This document shows positions 10,232-19,096 of a stretch of 35,931 nt of DNA, piece after piece (the first letter of the stretch is position 1; each line of letters starts with the position of its first letter). Made by a program: the position numbers and the translations under genes. Below the pieces are notes generated by a model. The model saw only the letters and a program-made list of their open reading frames with translations. It did no database searches and was not told the DNA's origin. The stretch is from Cyanobacteria bacterium P01_D01_bin.156. Its GTDB lineage: Bacteria > Cyanobacteriota > Cyanobacteriia > Phormidesmidales > Phormidesmidaceae. The stretch spans positions 1 through 35,931 of the forward strand of contig JBCCQQ010000062.1 in NCBI GenBank assembly GCA_039024555.1. The letters are read 5' to 3'.

Positions 10232-10520
10232 GAAAATAGGGCTATTCCCTAGTTGGATTAGCCGATTCTCCTTGCAGGAAGTGCCCGTAAGCTACACCGA
10301 CAGATTAGCATTGGCTAATGCGGAATCATGGCGGTAAATAGGGTAGTGGATTAGAGGTGCGATCGCATATATCCACATCCCCTGAATACAGACCATAGCC
10401 ACCACCACATAGCCATACAGAACATTCGTACCCCGGAATTGGCCATTAGTGAGTATATAAGGATACTGTCACCGTATAAAATAGCCATGCGAGACGCACA
10501 GTACCTTTTCCAGAACCTCA

Positions 10521-11921
10521 ATGAAGTACCACTCCACCCGCGGTAAAGCGCCCGTTCTTGACTTTGCTGAAGTCGTCCTAACCGGACTGGCTAGAGACGG
10601 TGGCCTGTATGTCCCCGAATGCTACCCACAGTTTTCCACGGCCCAATGGCAAGCACTCCGCGGCAAATCCTATCAGGAGCTGGTCTTTGAAGTAATGCAG
10701 CCCTTTGTGGGCAATACTATCAAGCCCGATGTCCTTAAAAGGCTGATTAATGAGGCCTATGCCGGTTTTCGACATCAGGCCATTGCCCCCATTATTCAGC
10801 TGGGCCATAACCATTTTTTACTAGAGCTATTCCACGGTCCTACACTAGCCTTTAAGGACTATGCTCTACAGCTGCTGGGCAAGCTGTTTGATCATCTACT
10901 GCATGAGCGGGGTGAACGTCTCACCATCATTGGTGCCACCTCTGGTGATACAGGCTCCGCTGCCATCGAGGCCTGTCGGGATAAGGACACCATCGATATT
11001 TTTATCCTCCATCCCCACAATCGCACTTCGGAAATTCAGCGGAAGCAGATGACCACAGTGCTTTCGCCCAATGTATACAATATTGCCCTGCAGGCTCCTT
11101 TCGACGACTGTCAAACCATCGTTAAGTCTCTATTTAATGACCTGGAGTTTCGCGATCAGTACAAACTATCCGCCGTTAACTCCATCAACTGGGCAAGAAT
11201 TTTGGCTCAAGTTGTTTACTACGTCTATGCTGCACTGAACCTAGGAGCACCGGAGCGGTCTGTCTCCTTTGCCGTACCCACGGGTAACTTTGGCAACGTG
11301 TTTGCAGCCTACGTCGCCAAACGCATGGGGCTTCCCATCAAAATGCTAGCTGTGGGCACCAACAAAAATGATATTCTCACCCGCTTTTTTGAAACCGGCA
11401 AAATGTCCACCGAGGCGGTTGCTCCATCCATTGCCCCTAGTATGGATATCCAAATTTCCAGCAACTTTGAACGACTACTGTTTGATGCCCATAACAACGA
11501 TGCGGTCTTAGTGGAGAAGACCATGGCCACGTTCAAAGAGACTGGCATTTTTAGCGTGTCTTCGGATGTATTTACTGAGCTACGTAAAACCTTTGTGGGT
11601 GGGCGCTTAGATGACGAGAGTATTACCCAGGTGATTCGTGACACCTACAAACGTACCGGTGTTTTAATCGATCCGCACACGGCCATTGCCTGTGCTCCAA
11701 GTTTGTTAAAACAACTGCCTGAGGATGCGGTTAAAGTCTCCTTGGCCTGTGCCCATCCCGCTAAGTTTCCTACTGCTGTAAATACGGCTGTCGGTATCTC
11801 TCCAGCCTTGCCCACATTCCTAAAGGATCTCTTTGACCGTGAAGAGAGCTTTACCGTACTCGAAAATGATAAAGCTGCTGTGCAAGCGTTTGTCGAGAAA
11901 AAGTTAGTAGCCCAGGAATAG
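10521..11921 (+). CDS. thrC: Threonine synthase, long type with N-terminal domain
   Basis: MKYHSTRG, GLARDGGLYVP, PLP-lysine motif ELFHGPTLAFKD, ATSGDTGSAA, NSINWAR, VPTGNFGN, DPHTA, AHPAKF. Confidence 0.95.
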   Translation: MKYHSTRGKAPVLDFAEVVLTGLARDGGLYVPECYPQFSTAQWQALRGKSYQELVFEVMQPFVGNTIKPDVLKRLINEAYAGFRHQAIAPIIQLGHNHFLLELFHGPTLAFKDYALQLLGKLFDHLLHERGERLTIIGATSGDTGSAAIEACRDKDTIDIFILHPHNRTSEIQRKQMTTVLSPNVYNIALQAPFDDCQTIVKSLFNDLEFRDQYKLSAVNSINWARILAQVVYYVYAALNLGAPERSVSFAVPTGNFGNVFAAYVAKRMGLPIKMLAVGTNKNDILTRFFETGKMSTEAVAPSIAPSMDIQISSNFERLLFDAHNNDAVLVEKTMATFKETGIFSVSSDVFTELRKTFVGGRLDDESITQVIRDTYKRTGVLIDPHTAIACAPSLLKQLPEDAVKVSLACAHPAKFPTAVNTAVGISPALPTFLKDLFDREESFTVLENDKAAVQAFVEKKLVAQE

Positions 11922-12020
11922 ATGAGAACAACAACAAAGCTCCAAACTTATTTGGGTATTGGTCTCATGGGTATAGTTAGTTTACCTCTAGTGCAAATTG
12001 CTTCAGGTTTTGTTCTATAG
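11922..12020 (+). CDS. Possible 32-aa hydrophobic small protein (MRTTTKLQTYLGIGLMGIVSLPLVQIASGFVL)
   Basis: ATG immediately follows the thrC TAG, with AGGA just upstream; single TM-like stretch. Below the ORF-track length cutoff. Confidence 0.35.
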   Translation: MRTTTKLQTYLGIGLMGIVSLPLVQIASGFVL

Positions 12021-12123
12021 CTGCATGTAGCTGTTGCTATCTAAAGCTTTAAAGATAGCCTATGGTTTGAAATATTTGCGCCTCGCTATATGTGCAGATT
12101 ACTACAATTGTTATCGCCTTGAT

Positions 12124-12163
12124 AAAAAATGTCTCCTTTAGATACTCTCTAAAGGAGACGTTT
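12124..12163 (-). terminator. Rho-independent terminator downstream of the nuclease gene, possibly bidirectional
   Basis: Perfect 12-bp stem GTCTCCTTTAGA (12131-12142) / TCTAAAGGAGAC (12148-12159) with a 5-nt loop; the A-run on the left is a U-tract on the minus strand. Confidence 0.75.
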
Positions 12164-12219
12164 GTGTCAGAAGTCAACACACACAGGGAGTCAGAGCGTC
12201 GTACCTAGGGCCATCAAAC

Positions 12220-15200
12220 CTAGATAGCAGCAATTGCTTCCACTACGCCATCAAAGAGATTCAAGAAATTTTGAGCTTCCAGCTGGTTGTCAAATCCCCA
12301 GACTTCTTTGCCACCGATACCGCTAGCACCAAAATCAACTTGGTTAAGGTCATTCCCTACTAGCCTAGCCTGATTTTGAGTACCAAACCCGGTCACTTGT
12401 CCATCTCTAATCTGTACACCATCAAAGAGGGGACCCATGGCTTCCCAGAATTCATCTTGATTATTGACGGTTTGTCGACCCCGCACATCGGCACCTGACC
12501 ATCTAAATTCAAGGCTATCGGGAGTAGCCAGTCCTCGCCTAACCTCTGAATTCAAACCGGTAATCTCATCATTAACAAAGATTTGAATCCGGTTGGCACC
12601 TCCGTTGGTATTGCCCCTAAATTCAAAGATTTGAGTTTTAGCAGGGTCACGACCCAGCAGATCGTCAGCAAACGCCTCAAAGGCATCTGCCGCTGCGTCA
12701 TTATCAAAGTTGGCGCGGTACCGACCGCTAACACCGGAACCACTGATAATCACATCGTCATAAGCATACCGCTGTCTGACTGAGGGGTTACGATTGTTGC
12801 CAAAGTGTTCTAAACCGCCCTCATTAATGGTGCCATTTCTGGCTACACTACCGCCTAGCTCTGCAACCGCTTCACTTAGGAAGTTATTGAGCGATGGATT
12901 AGCAATTTCACTTCCATCAATGGTGTAAACTGGCTCACCGTCAATTAAGTTAACGATAAAGGATTTATTGTTAACCTCCTGACTAAAGATGGTGTAGTCA
13001 TTGATTCTATCGATGGGGGGAACACCGCCTGTCAAGTCCAAACCAATAATCAGGGGATCATGGTCAGAGGAACGGAATGGACTTACTCCATAGAGATCAT
13101 CGGCCTGTTCTTGAGGTCTGAACTCCAGGTTGTAGTCAAAGATGACTGACTCATCTGCATTGATATGCCACTCGGCTGCACCGGTAATCTGGTCAGCTAG
13201 GGAACTAGTTGCCAAAGCATAATCAAGGGCACCAAAGGATTGAACCTGTGGGCTATCACTGAGGCTCACAGGGAAGCCAAAGGAATATTCAAACTCACCT
13301 GGGTCAAGGAAGCGATCTACTTGGTCTGCATAGCCTTCACTCAAGAGATACTGGATTGGGTCTTCCATGGCATAGGCATTGAGGTCACCAATGATCAAGA
13401 AGTCCTCATCACCAGAGCCTGTCGGATCGGTGTCTAACCACGCGTCAAGGGCAGTGGCCGCATTCAGACGAGTCTGGTTTGCAGAACCGACACCATCACC
13501 AATATCTTGATCACCGGTCGATGCAGTACCCGGTGAACCCTTTGACTTAAAGTGGTTGGCTGCAACTGTGAAGGTTTCACCTGTAGCAATCTCTTCAAAG
13601 GTAACTGCCAGTGCCGCACGGTTGGTGCTGGGACCGTCAAAGACAGGATCTGTAATGCCAAGACCAAGCGCAGGTAGGTCGCTGTCATCAAGAATCTCAA
13701 CTGTTGTATCCGATGCGATCGCAATCGTGTCAGCGTTGTAAACCAGACCGACTGAAATAGCATCGCTAGTATCAATAAAGTTTTGACCTGGATCAACAAA
13801 CTGGTAATTTGCACCAGTGACAGTATTGAGTTCATTGACCAAGAAATCAATGGCAAACCGACCGTCGCCATTCTGGTCACCACCAAACTCATTCTCAAGC
13901 TCAACTAGGCTAAAGATATCGGCTTGGGTCTCGCTGAGGGCAGCTACCAGCTTGTCCACCTGACGGTTAAACTCAGCATTGGGGTCATTCTGGGCTTGAG
14001 TTGACGGTGCTACAGTGGTGGATGCAGTTGTCAAATCATTGGCACCACGGGGCTCAAGATTAGAGGGACCTGCATTTAGCGGATTGTTGTTACGACTACG
14101 ATCGTCATCTAAAGAGGTAAAGAAGTTCAGTACGTTGAACGAAGCCACTGTAATGTCACCACCCACATCAGGTGCGGTTGTGGGTCGTGGATTTTTGTTG
14201 ACAAAGACCGGATCTACAGTTGGATTAATACGGTAGATTTCGTCACCCGAGCCACCGGAGCCTCGACTGTAGCGAACCACACCGGTGAGGTCGTTTACGG
14301 TGTCACCCGAGCGCAGCTGATCGTTAGCATCTAGCTCGCCAGCCTGATTGCCAGGAGCCGAAGCAATTTCAAAGGGAATATCTGCTGGGTTTTGGATGGT
14401 ACTGCCGTCATCCAGAATAACCGTATTGCGAACAGCCAAGTCTTGATATGCCTGGAAGCCACTTACACTAGGAGCATTGCCCTGGGTAAAGGTTTCTAGA
14501 CGACCATCGGCATAGAGACCCATGTCACCAAAGCGACCCAGCGTAAAGAGGTCAGCAACGGTGAGTTCCTGGGGCATGGTCACCAGCATACCTTCGAAAG
14601 CTTCGAGATCAGCAATTAGGTCGCCATCGCTATTGGTAGTGGTAGAAGCTACTGGGAAGGTGATGGTAGCTGGCGTAACAAGATTGCTGTTGTCATTGCT
14701 GTCAACAACAGTCACAGTGACGTTAGAAAGCTGGGTTTCACCAAAAAACTCACCAACTGTACCGGTTACCTGAACCGTATCGCCAACATTTACATCAACG
14801 GCAGGGGAGCTGCCATCAAAGATAAACAGACCCTCAGAGGTAGCGGCATCAGCATCGGCATCAGTGTCCTCTTCTTGAACATAGAAGCCGTTGAAGTCAC
14901 CATTAGTGCCTGCTGTACCATCCTGGAAGTCACCAACAACAATTGCTTCGATGGTAACAGTTTGCCCATCTAAGGGACTCGCTCCATTGTTGCCTTGAGT
15001 TGTAGGGCTGCCCTGGATATCAGAAATTAGGGTAATAGGAACCCCGTCATCATTCTGAATGGTACCAACGGCATCGGCAGTGGTAATTGTTCCACCTGTG
15101 GGGTTAGACAGGGTTACCGCAAAGTCCTCATCAGGTTCGGATGTAGTATCTCCTGTCACATTTACACTGATCGTCTTGGTTAGTTCTATAGGGTTGAACG

Positions 15201-16512
15201 TTAGGGTACCTGAGTTGGCAGTGTAGTCTGAACCTGCAGTTGCAGTGCCATCAGATGTTGCAAAGTCTACTGTTGTGGTCCCGCTAGTGTCTCCCGAGCG
15301 GGTTACGGTAAACGTAAAAGCGGTGGTCCCGCTATTTCCTTCAGATTGGCTAACGTCAGCGATCGCAACCGTTGGCGCAGGCGCACTACCCAAAGAAGGA
15401 TTTACCGCACCAAAGGTATCTACAACAATGGGGTTAATGTCAAAGTTAGCCGGGTCAATGGAATTACCATTAACATCAAACACTTGAGTGCCGCTGACAA
15501 CATTATTGACTGCATACAAGTCACCTGTAGTGCCATCGCGGAAGACTAGCTCAGGTTCAGCGCCCGTGAATGCAAAGTCGGTACCACCCAAAGCTGCACC
15601 CAGCAGGTTAGTTTCATCTCCAGCTATATCAGGAATGCCAATGGCATCGAATACTGTACCAACCAGAGAAACATCAAAGACGTCACCAATAGAACCTGTG
15701 AAAGTATCGGTCAGAATGACGGTAAAGGACGGATTCTCCAAGTCAGGAACAGTAACAGTCAGAAGCCCATTGCTGTCAAAGGTACCGGAAACTTGAGTCG
15801 CCCGATCAACAGTCTGGCCTGGGGAAAAATCGGCCTCTACACTCAAAATCCAGCCAGAGAAGGATGTACTAGGTTCTCCACTAAGTTCAAAGGTTACATC
15901 AGCCGGATCAGCACCATCTGGGTTTGGCTGGAATTCGTTGATCAGGGGAGTTGCTCCACCACCGATAGTAAAAGAACTAGTTGGCAGTGTCTGTCTCGTA
16001 CTGTTGTTGCCAGACCAATTAGAGCTATCACTGATCGCTGCTAGCAATTCAGCTTTTGTACCCGACGTAGTACCTGTATAAATAGCATTGTCAATTTCGT
16101 CTAAGGCTACTGCTGACTCACCGTCAACTAACCCCGTTGGCAAAGCAGAGATATTAGAACTCGTGGCATCAGACTGCCAAACGCCAGGATTCCCTTCGCT
16201 ATTGAGCGCATAAATAAACGTGGGATTAGTCGCATCTCCCTGATAGGCAAGAATTTGGTCGCCACTTGCGGAAAATAAAATGCTACTGACAGCTGGATTA
16301 ACAACTGTACCTGCAGCAATATCGGTGGGTGCTGTCCAAGTAAACGTGCCTTCAGTAGATCTAAAGCTACCAGCAGCTTGCCAACCATTATCGGTAAAGT
16401 TAATCTCGGTACCAGCTTCCAGATCAACTAAGGATACAAAGGCAAATTCGTCGGGGTTATCGAAATTAAACCCAACAATGGCGATACCGCCTGCAGTTAA
16501 TGTTGTTGCCAT
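12220..16512 (-). CDS. ExeM/NucH-family extracellular endonuclease with N-terminal beta-rich modules, a Calx-beta domain and an unknown C-terminal region
   Basis: Calx-beta (EGNSGTTAFTFTVTRSG, TATAGSDY), OB-fold (SPLDGQTVTIEAIVVGDF, GFYVQEED), EEP nuclease motifs (VASFNVLNFF, ANHFKSKG, IIGDLNAY, SSDHDP). Confidence 0.92.
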   Translation of the reverse strand: MATTLTAGGIAIVGFNFDNPDEFAFVSLVDLEAGTEINFTDNGWQAAGSFRSTEGTFTWTAPTDIAAGTVVNPAVSSILFSASGDQILAYQGDATNPTFIYALNSEGNPGVWQSDATSSNISALPTGLVDGESAVALDEIDNAIYTGTTSGTKAELLAAISDSSNWSGNNSTRQTLPTSSFTIGGGATPLINEFQPNPDGADPADVTFELSGEPSTSFSGWILSVEADFSPGQTVDRATQVSGTFDSNGLLTVTVPDLENPSFTVILTDTFTGSIGDVFDVSLVGTVFDAIGIPDIAGDETNLLGAALGGTDFAFTGAEPELVFRDGTTGDLYAVNNVVSGTQVFDVNGNSIDPANFDINPIVVDTFGAVNPSLGSAPAPTVAIADVSQSEGNSGTTAFTFTVTRSGDTSGTTTVDFATSDGTATAGSDYTANSGTLTFNPIELTKTISVNVTGDTTSEPDEDFAVTLSNPTGGTITTADAVGTIQNDDGVPITLISDIQGSPTTQGNNGASPLDGQTVTIEAIVVGDFQDGTAGTNGDFNGFYVQEEDTDADADAATSEGLFIFDGSSPAVDVNVGDTVQVTGTVGEFFGETQLSNVTVTVVDSNDNSNLVTPATITFPVASTTTNSDGDLIADLEAFEGMLVTMPQELTVADLFTLGRFGDMGLYADGRLETFTQGNAPSVSGFQAYQDLAVRNTVILDDGSTIQNPADIPFEIASAPGNQAGELDANDQLRSGDTVNDLTGVVRYSRGSGGSGDEIYRINPTVDPVFVNKNPRPTTAPDVGGDITVASFNVLNFFTSLDDDRSRNNNPLNAGPSNLEPRGANDLTTASTTVAPSTQAQNDPNAEFNRQVDKLVAALSETQADIFSLVELENEFGGDQNGDGRFAIDFLVNELNTVTGANYQFVDPGQNFIDTSDAISVGLVYNADTIAIASDTTVEILDDSDLPALGLGITDPVFDGPSTNRAALAVTFEEIATGETFTVAANHFKSKGSPGTASTGDQDIGDGVGSANQTRLNAATALDAWLDTDPTGSGDEDFLIIGDLNAYAMEDPIQYLLSEGYADQVDRFLDPGEFEYSFGFPVSLSDSPQVQSFGALDYALATSSLADQITGAAEWHINADESVIFDYNLEFRPQEQADDLYGVSPFRSSDHDPLIIGLDLTGGVPPIDRINDYTIFSQEVNNKSFIVNLIDGEPVYTIDGSEIANPSLNNFLSEAVAELGGSVARNGTINEGGLEHFGNNRNPSVRQRYAYDDVIISGSGVSGRYRANFDNDAAADAFEAFADDLLGRDPAKTQIFEFRGNTNGGANRIQIFVNDEITGLNSEVRRGLATPDSLEFRWSGADVRGRQTVNNQDEFWEAMGPLFDGVQIRDGQVTGFGTQNQARLVGNDLNQVDFGASGIGGKEVWGFDNQLEAQNFLNLFDGVVEAIAAI

Positions 16513-16718
16513 GAATAAAAAACTCTGTGGATAACTCTTGCGATCGCTTGAAAATTCTGCTCTCTACTGGAAAATGGGAACCCAACTATCAACGGGCATT
16601 ACCTTGAAAGGAGATTAATCCTAAATAATTAAAGGCACCATAAACCATTTCCTCATCCTCCTGAAGAGAAGCACTAAGTCCCCCAAACTAAATCCGCACT
16701 TGTCACAATTGCAAGGCA

Positions 16719-16748
16719 ACTTAAAGCAGAGGTAAACAGCGGGTTAAT
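16719..16748 (-). promoter_or_regulatory. Pho-box-like triple direct repeat upstream of the nuclease
   Basis: Minus strand ATTAACCC-gct-GTTTACCT-ctg-CTTTAAGT: 11-bp period, 6/8, 6/8 and 5/8 matches to CTTAACCT. Confidence 0.5.
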
Positions 16749-17135
16749 ATGGACAAAAGTTATTCGATTTTCATGCTGATAGCTATGGTTGTAAAAAAGC
16801 TATAAAGCTTTGTTTGCTGAAACCAATCGAATTAGTGTTGATATTCAGCAACATTAATCCCGCTATTTTCCAGGATCTGCAGATTATGAGTTAAACCTCC
16901 ATCACATATGGGGTTTATTAAACGGAACGGTCGGGCAAGTGAGTTCTCGAATCAGGTTTCTGGTTACGTTACTTACCATTAGTCCAACCACAGTGCGGCG
17001 ACACATGAAACGTAAATCGGCAGCTCAGAGTCCTTGGCTACCCTCAACAGGAACTGAGTTGTATTACCGTGTGAATCCTTTTAATACGAGCGGTAGCGTT
17101 GATGTCATTCAATATGTAGTACATCTACAATGCGT

Positions 17136-17819
17136 CTAAGTACTCAGATTATCTAATTTCTTACGGATGGCCTGAATGTCTTGCCACATCAGCCATTTGG
17201 GTTTCCCCTTCTCCCGAGAAGGATTTCGCAACAAATACGCTGGGTGAAAAATCGCCATGCAATGACGATCCTCCCATTCCATCCAGTTACCACGTATTTT
17301 AGTAATCCCCTGCTTAATTCCCAGCAATCCCTTTAGGGCAGTTCCCCCAGTCAAAAGAATAATTTTTGGATCAACTAAGCGCACCTGCTCTTTTAAGTAG
17401 GGTACACAGGCAGCTACTTCCCCTGCTGCAGGTGTGCGGTTTCCTGGGGGCCGACATTTAACCACATTGCAGATGTAAACGTCGTTCTGCGTATCTAACC
17501 GTACTGATGCCAAAATTTTATCTAGTAGCTGGCCCGACTTGCCTACAAAGGGTAGCCCTTGTTCATCCTCTTGCTGCCCTGGGCCTTCGCCGATGATCAT
17601 AATCGACGCATTGGGATTGCCGCGACTGACGACTACGTTAGTACGACCGCTGGCGAGATCACACCGCTGACATTGGTTACAGTGCTGGGCTAGCTGTTCC
17701 AAATTTTCGTACGTACCTGGTGGAATCGGTACAGTAGCGCTGGTAGGGATTTGCTCCCAGGTTTCGGGGGATAGTTTGGCGGTGGGCTCTCCACCAAACA
17801 GACCGATCTGATCCGTCAT
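17136..17819 (-). CDS. Uracil-DNA glycosylase, family 4 (Fe-S type)
   Basis: CNQCQRC, GEGPG, PFVGKSG, NVVKCRPPGNRTP, FHPAYLLRNP. Start taken at ATG 17819 (MTDQIGLF). Confidence 0.93.
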   Translation of the reverse strand: MTDQIGLFGGEPTAKLSPETWEQIPTSATVPIPPGTYENLEQLAQHCNQCQRCDLASGRTNVVVSRGNPNASIMIIGEGPGQQEDEQGLPFVGKSGQLLDKILASVRLDTQNDVYICNVVKCRPPGNRTPAAGEVAACVPYLKEQVRLVDPKIILLTGGTALKGLLGIKQGITKIRGNWMEWEDRHCMAIFHPAYLLRNPSREKGKPKWLMWQDIQAIRKKLDNLST

Positions 17820-17911
17820 GAAGGGGCAAGTAGCAAAGGACACAATCAACCCTTAGTTTAAAGGGAAATCACTGCGTCGCAAATCCTTATTGGATTTACT
17901 TAAGGCATTTT

Positions 17912-19096
17912 CTAAATAAGCTGGTGGTAAGTTTTCATCATGTTGGCTGCGATCGCATCCCAGCTATAGTTCTCCTTTGCAAACTGACGAGCATTCTTAC
18001 CCCGCTGCCGACAGTCTTCCAAATCAGTCAGAGCTGTTTTCAATGCCGTTGTCAAAGCAGCTTGCTCGCAGGGCACCACCCAGCCGCTCTCACTAGAGGC
18101 AATATCCCGCCAAATATGCACCTGGTCTGAAATCACCACTGGTTTAGCCGCTGCCATGGCTTCTGCCACCGCAATGCCAAAATTCTCATAGTAAGACGGC
18201 AATACAAATAGATCCGCCGCCTGTAATATCTGTCGCTTTAACTCTCCTGTCACAAAGCCAGTGATTGTGGTGCAATCCTTTAGAACAGAATTCTCTATCT
18301 GTTGGCCAATGGAATCCACATAGCCTTGATCCTGGGGGTTACCACCACAGAGAACAAAGTGAAACTTTTTGCCCGACTGATGTAGCGTTTCTAGGGCAGG
18401 TAACAACAGATCCAACCCTTTCTTTGGATCGATGCGTGACATAAACAACACCAGGGGCACACCATCAGGAATCCCATAGCGGTGTCGGATCAGCTGCTGC
18501 GCATCGTCGCCATATTTCGGTAGCGCCACTCCTAAGGGCAGCACCATATCCTGAGTTTGTACCCCAAAGCGTTCTGAAACCGTAGCTTCCTGCTCACTGG
18601 TGAAATGGAGGGCAGCAGCCCCCTGAATATTGGCTCGCTCTAACAGAGCCGCATACAGCTGCTTAAACTGTTTTTTCTTGGCCAGGTCCGCTGGGTCTAG
18701 GGTCCCTAGGGGCCGCAAAATGTAAGGTAGCTTTTGCCGTCGGGCCACCGTTGCCGCCAAGCTGGTCACTGGCGAAAACAAAGCATGGATGTGGGCTAAA
18801 TCGTAGTGGCTACCATGCTGTCCCAGCCACTGTAGTAACGGTAGTGAAAACTTGTAGCGCCGAAAGGGGGCACAGCGAAAATAAATGGTTTGGTAACCGT
18901 CGGTATCCACTGGCTGCCCCAGGGGCACGTCAAGGGGAGCTTGCCCCTGATCACCATTAGAGTCCGTCGTCAGTACCGTTACCTCTGCCCCCTGTTGGGC
19001 TAGGGCACTGCTCAAACCCCGCACCATTTGACTGGGTCCGCCATACACTAAAGAAATGGATGGCACAATTTGTAAAACCTTTAGGGCCTTAGCCAT
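17912..19096 (-). CDS. hpsP: GT4 glycosyltransferase, HpsP-like (hormogonium polysaccharide)
   Basis: VPSISLVYGGPSQMV, LRPLGTLDP, PSYYENFGIAVAEAM; last gene of an hpsL-N-O cluster. Symbol from recalled similarity and context. Confidence 0.8.
   Translation of the reverse strand: MAKALKVLQIVPSISLVYGGPSQMVRGLSSALAQQGAEVTVLTTDSNGDQGQAPLDVPLGQPVDTDGYQTIYFRCAPFRRYKFSLPLLQWLGQHGSHYDLAHIHALFSPVTSLAATVARRQKLPYILRPLGTLDPADLAKKKQFKQLYAALLERANIQGAAALHFTSEQEATVSERFGVQTQDMVLPLGVALPKYGDDAQQLIRHRYGIPDGVPLVLFMSRIDPKKGLDLLLPALETLHQSGKKFHFVLCGGNPQDQGYVDSIGQQIENSVLKDCTTITGFVTGELKRQILQAADLFVLPSYYENFGIAVAEAMAAAKPVVISDQVHIWRDIASSESGWVVPCEQAALTTALKTALTDLEDCRQRGKNARQFAKENYSWDAIAANMMKTYHQLI

Noticed and set aside
10386..10412. 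Thr-rich mini-frame (ATA CAG ACC ATA GCC ACC ACC ACA TAG) as a thr attenuator leader
   Set aside because: No standard start codon (an in-frame TGA directly precedes it) and no terminator hairpin before thrC.
16526..16534. Perfect E. coli-type DnaA box TGTGGATAA upstream of the nuclease start
   Set aside because: Single isolated 9-mer with no cluster; compatible with chance.
16939..17139. 66-aa plus-strand ORF and an imperfect CAGCTCAG/CTGAGTTG hairpin
   Set aside because: No RBS or recognisable motif; the hairpin is weak and unsupported.
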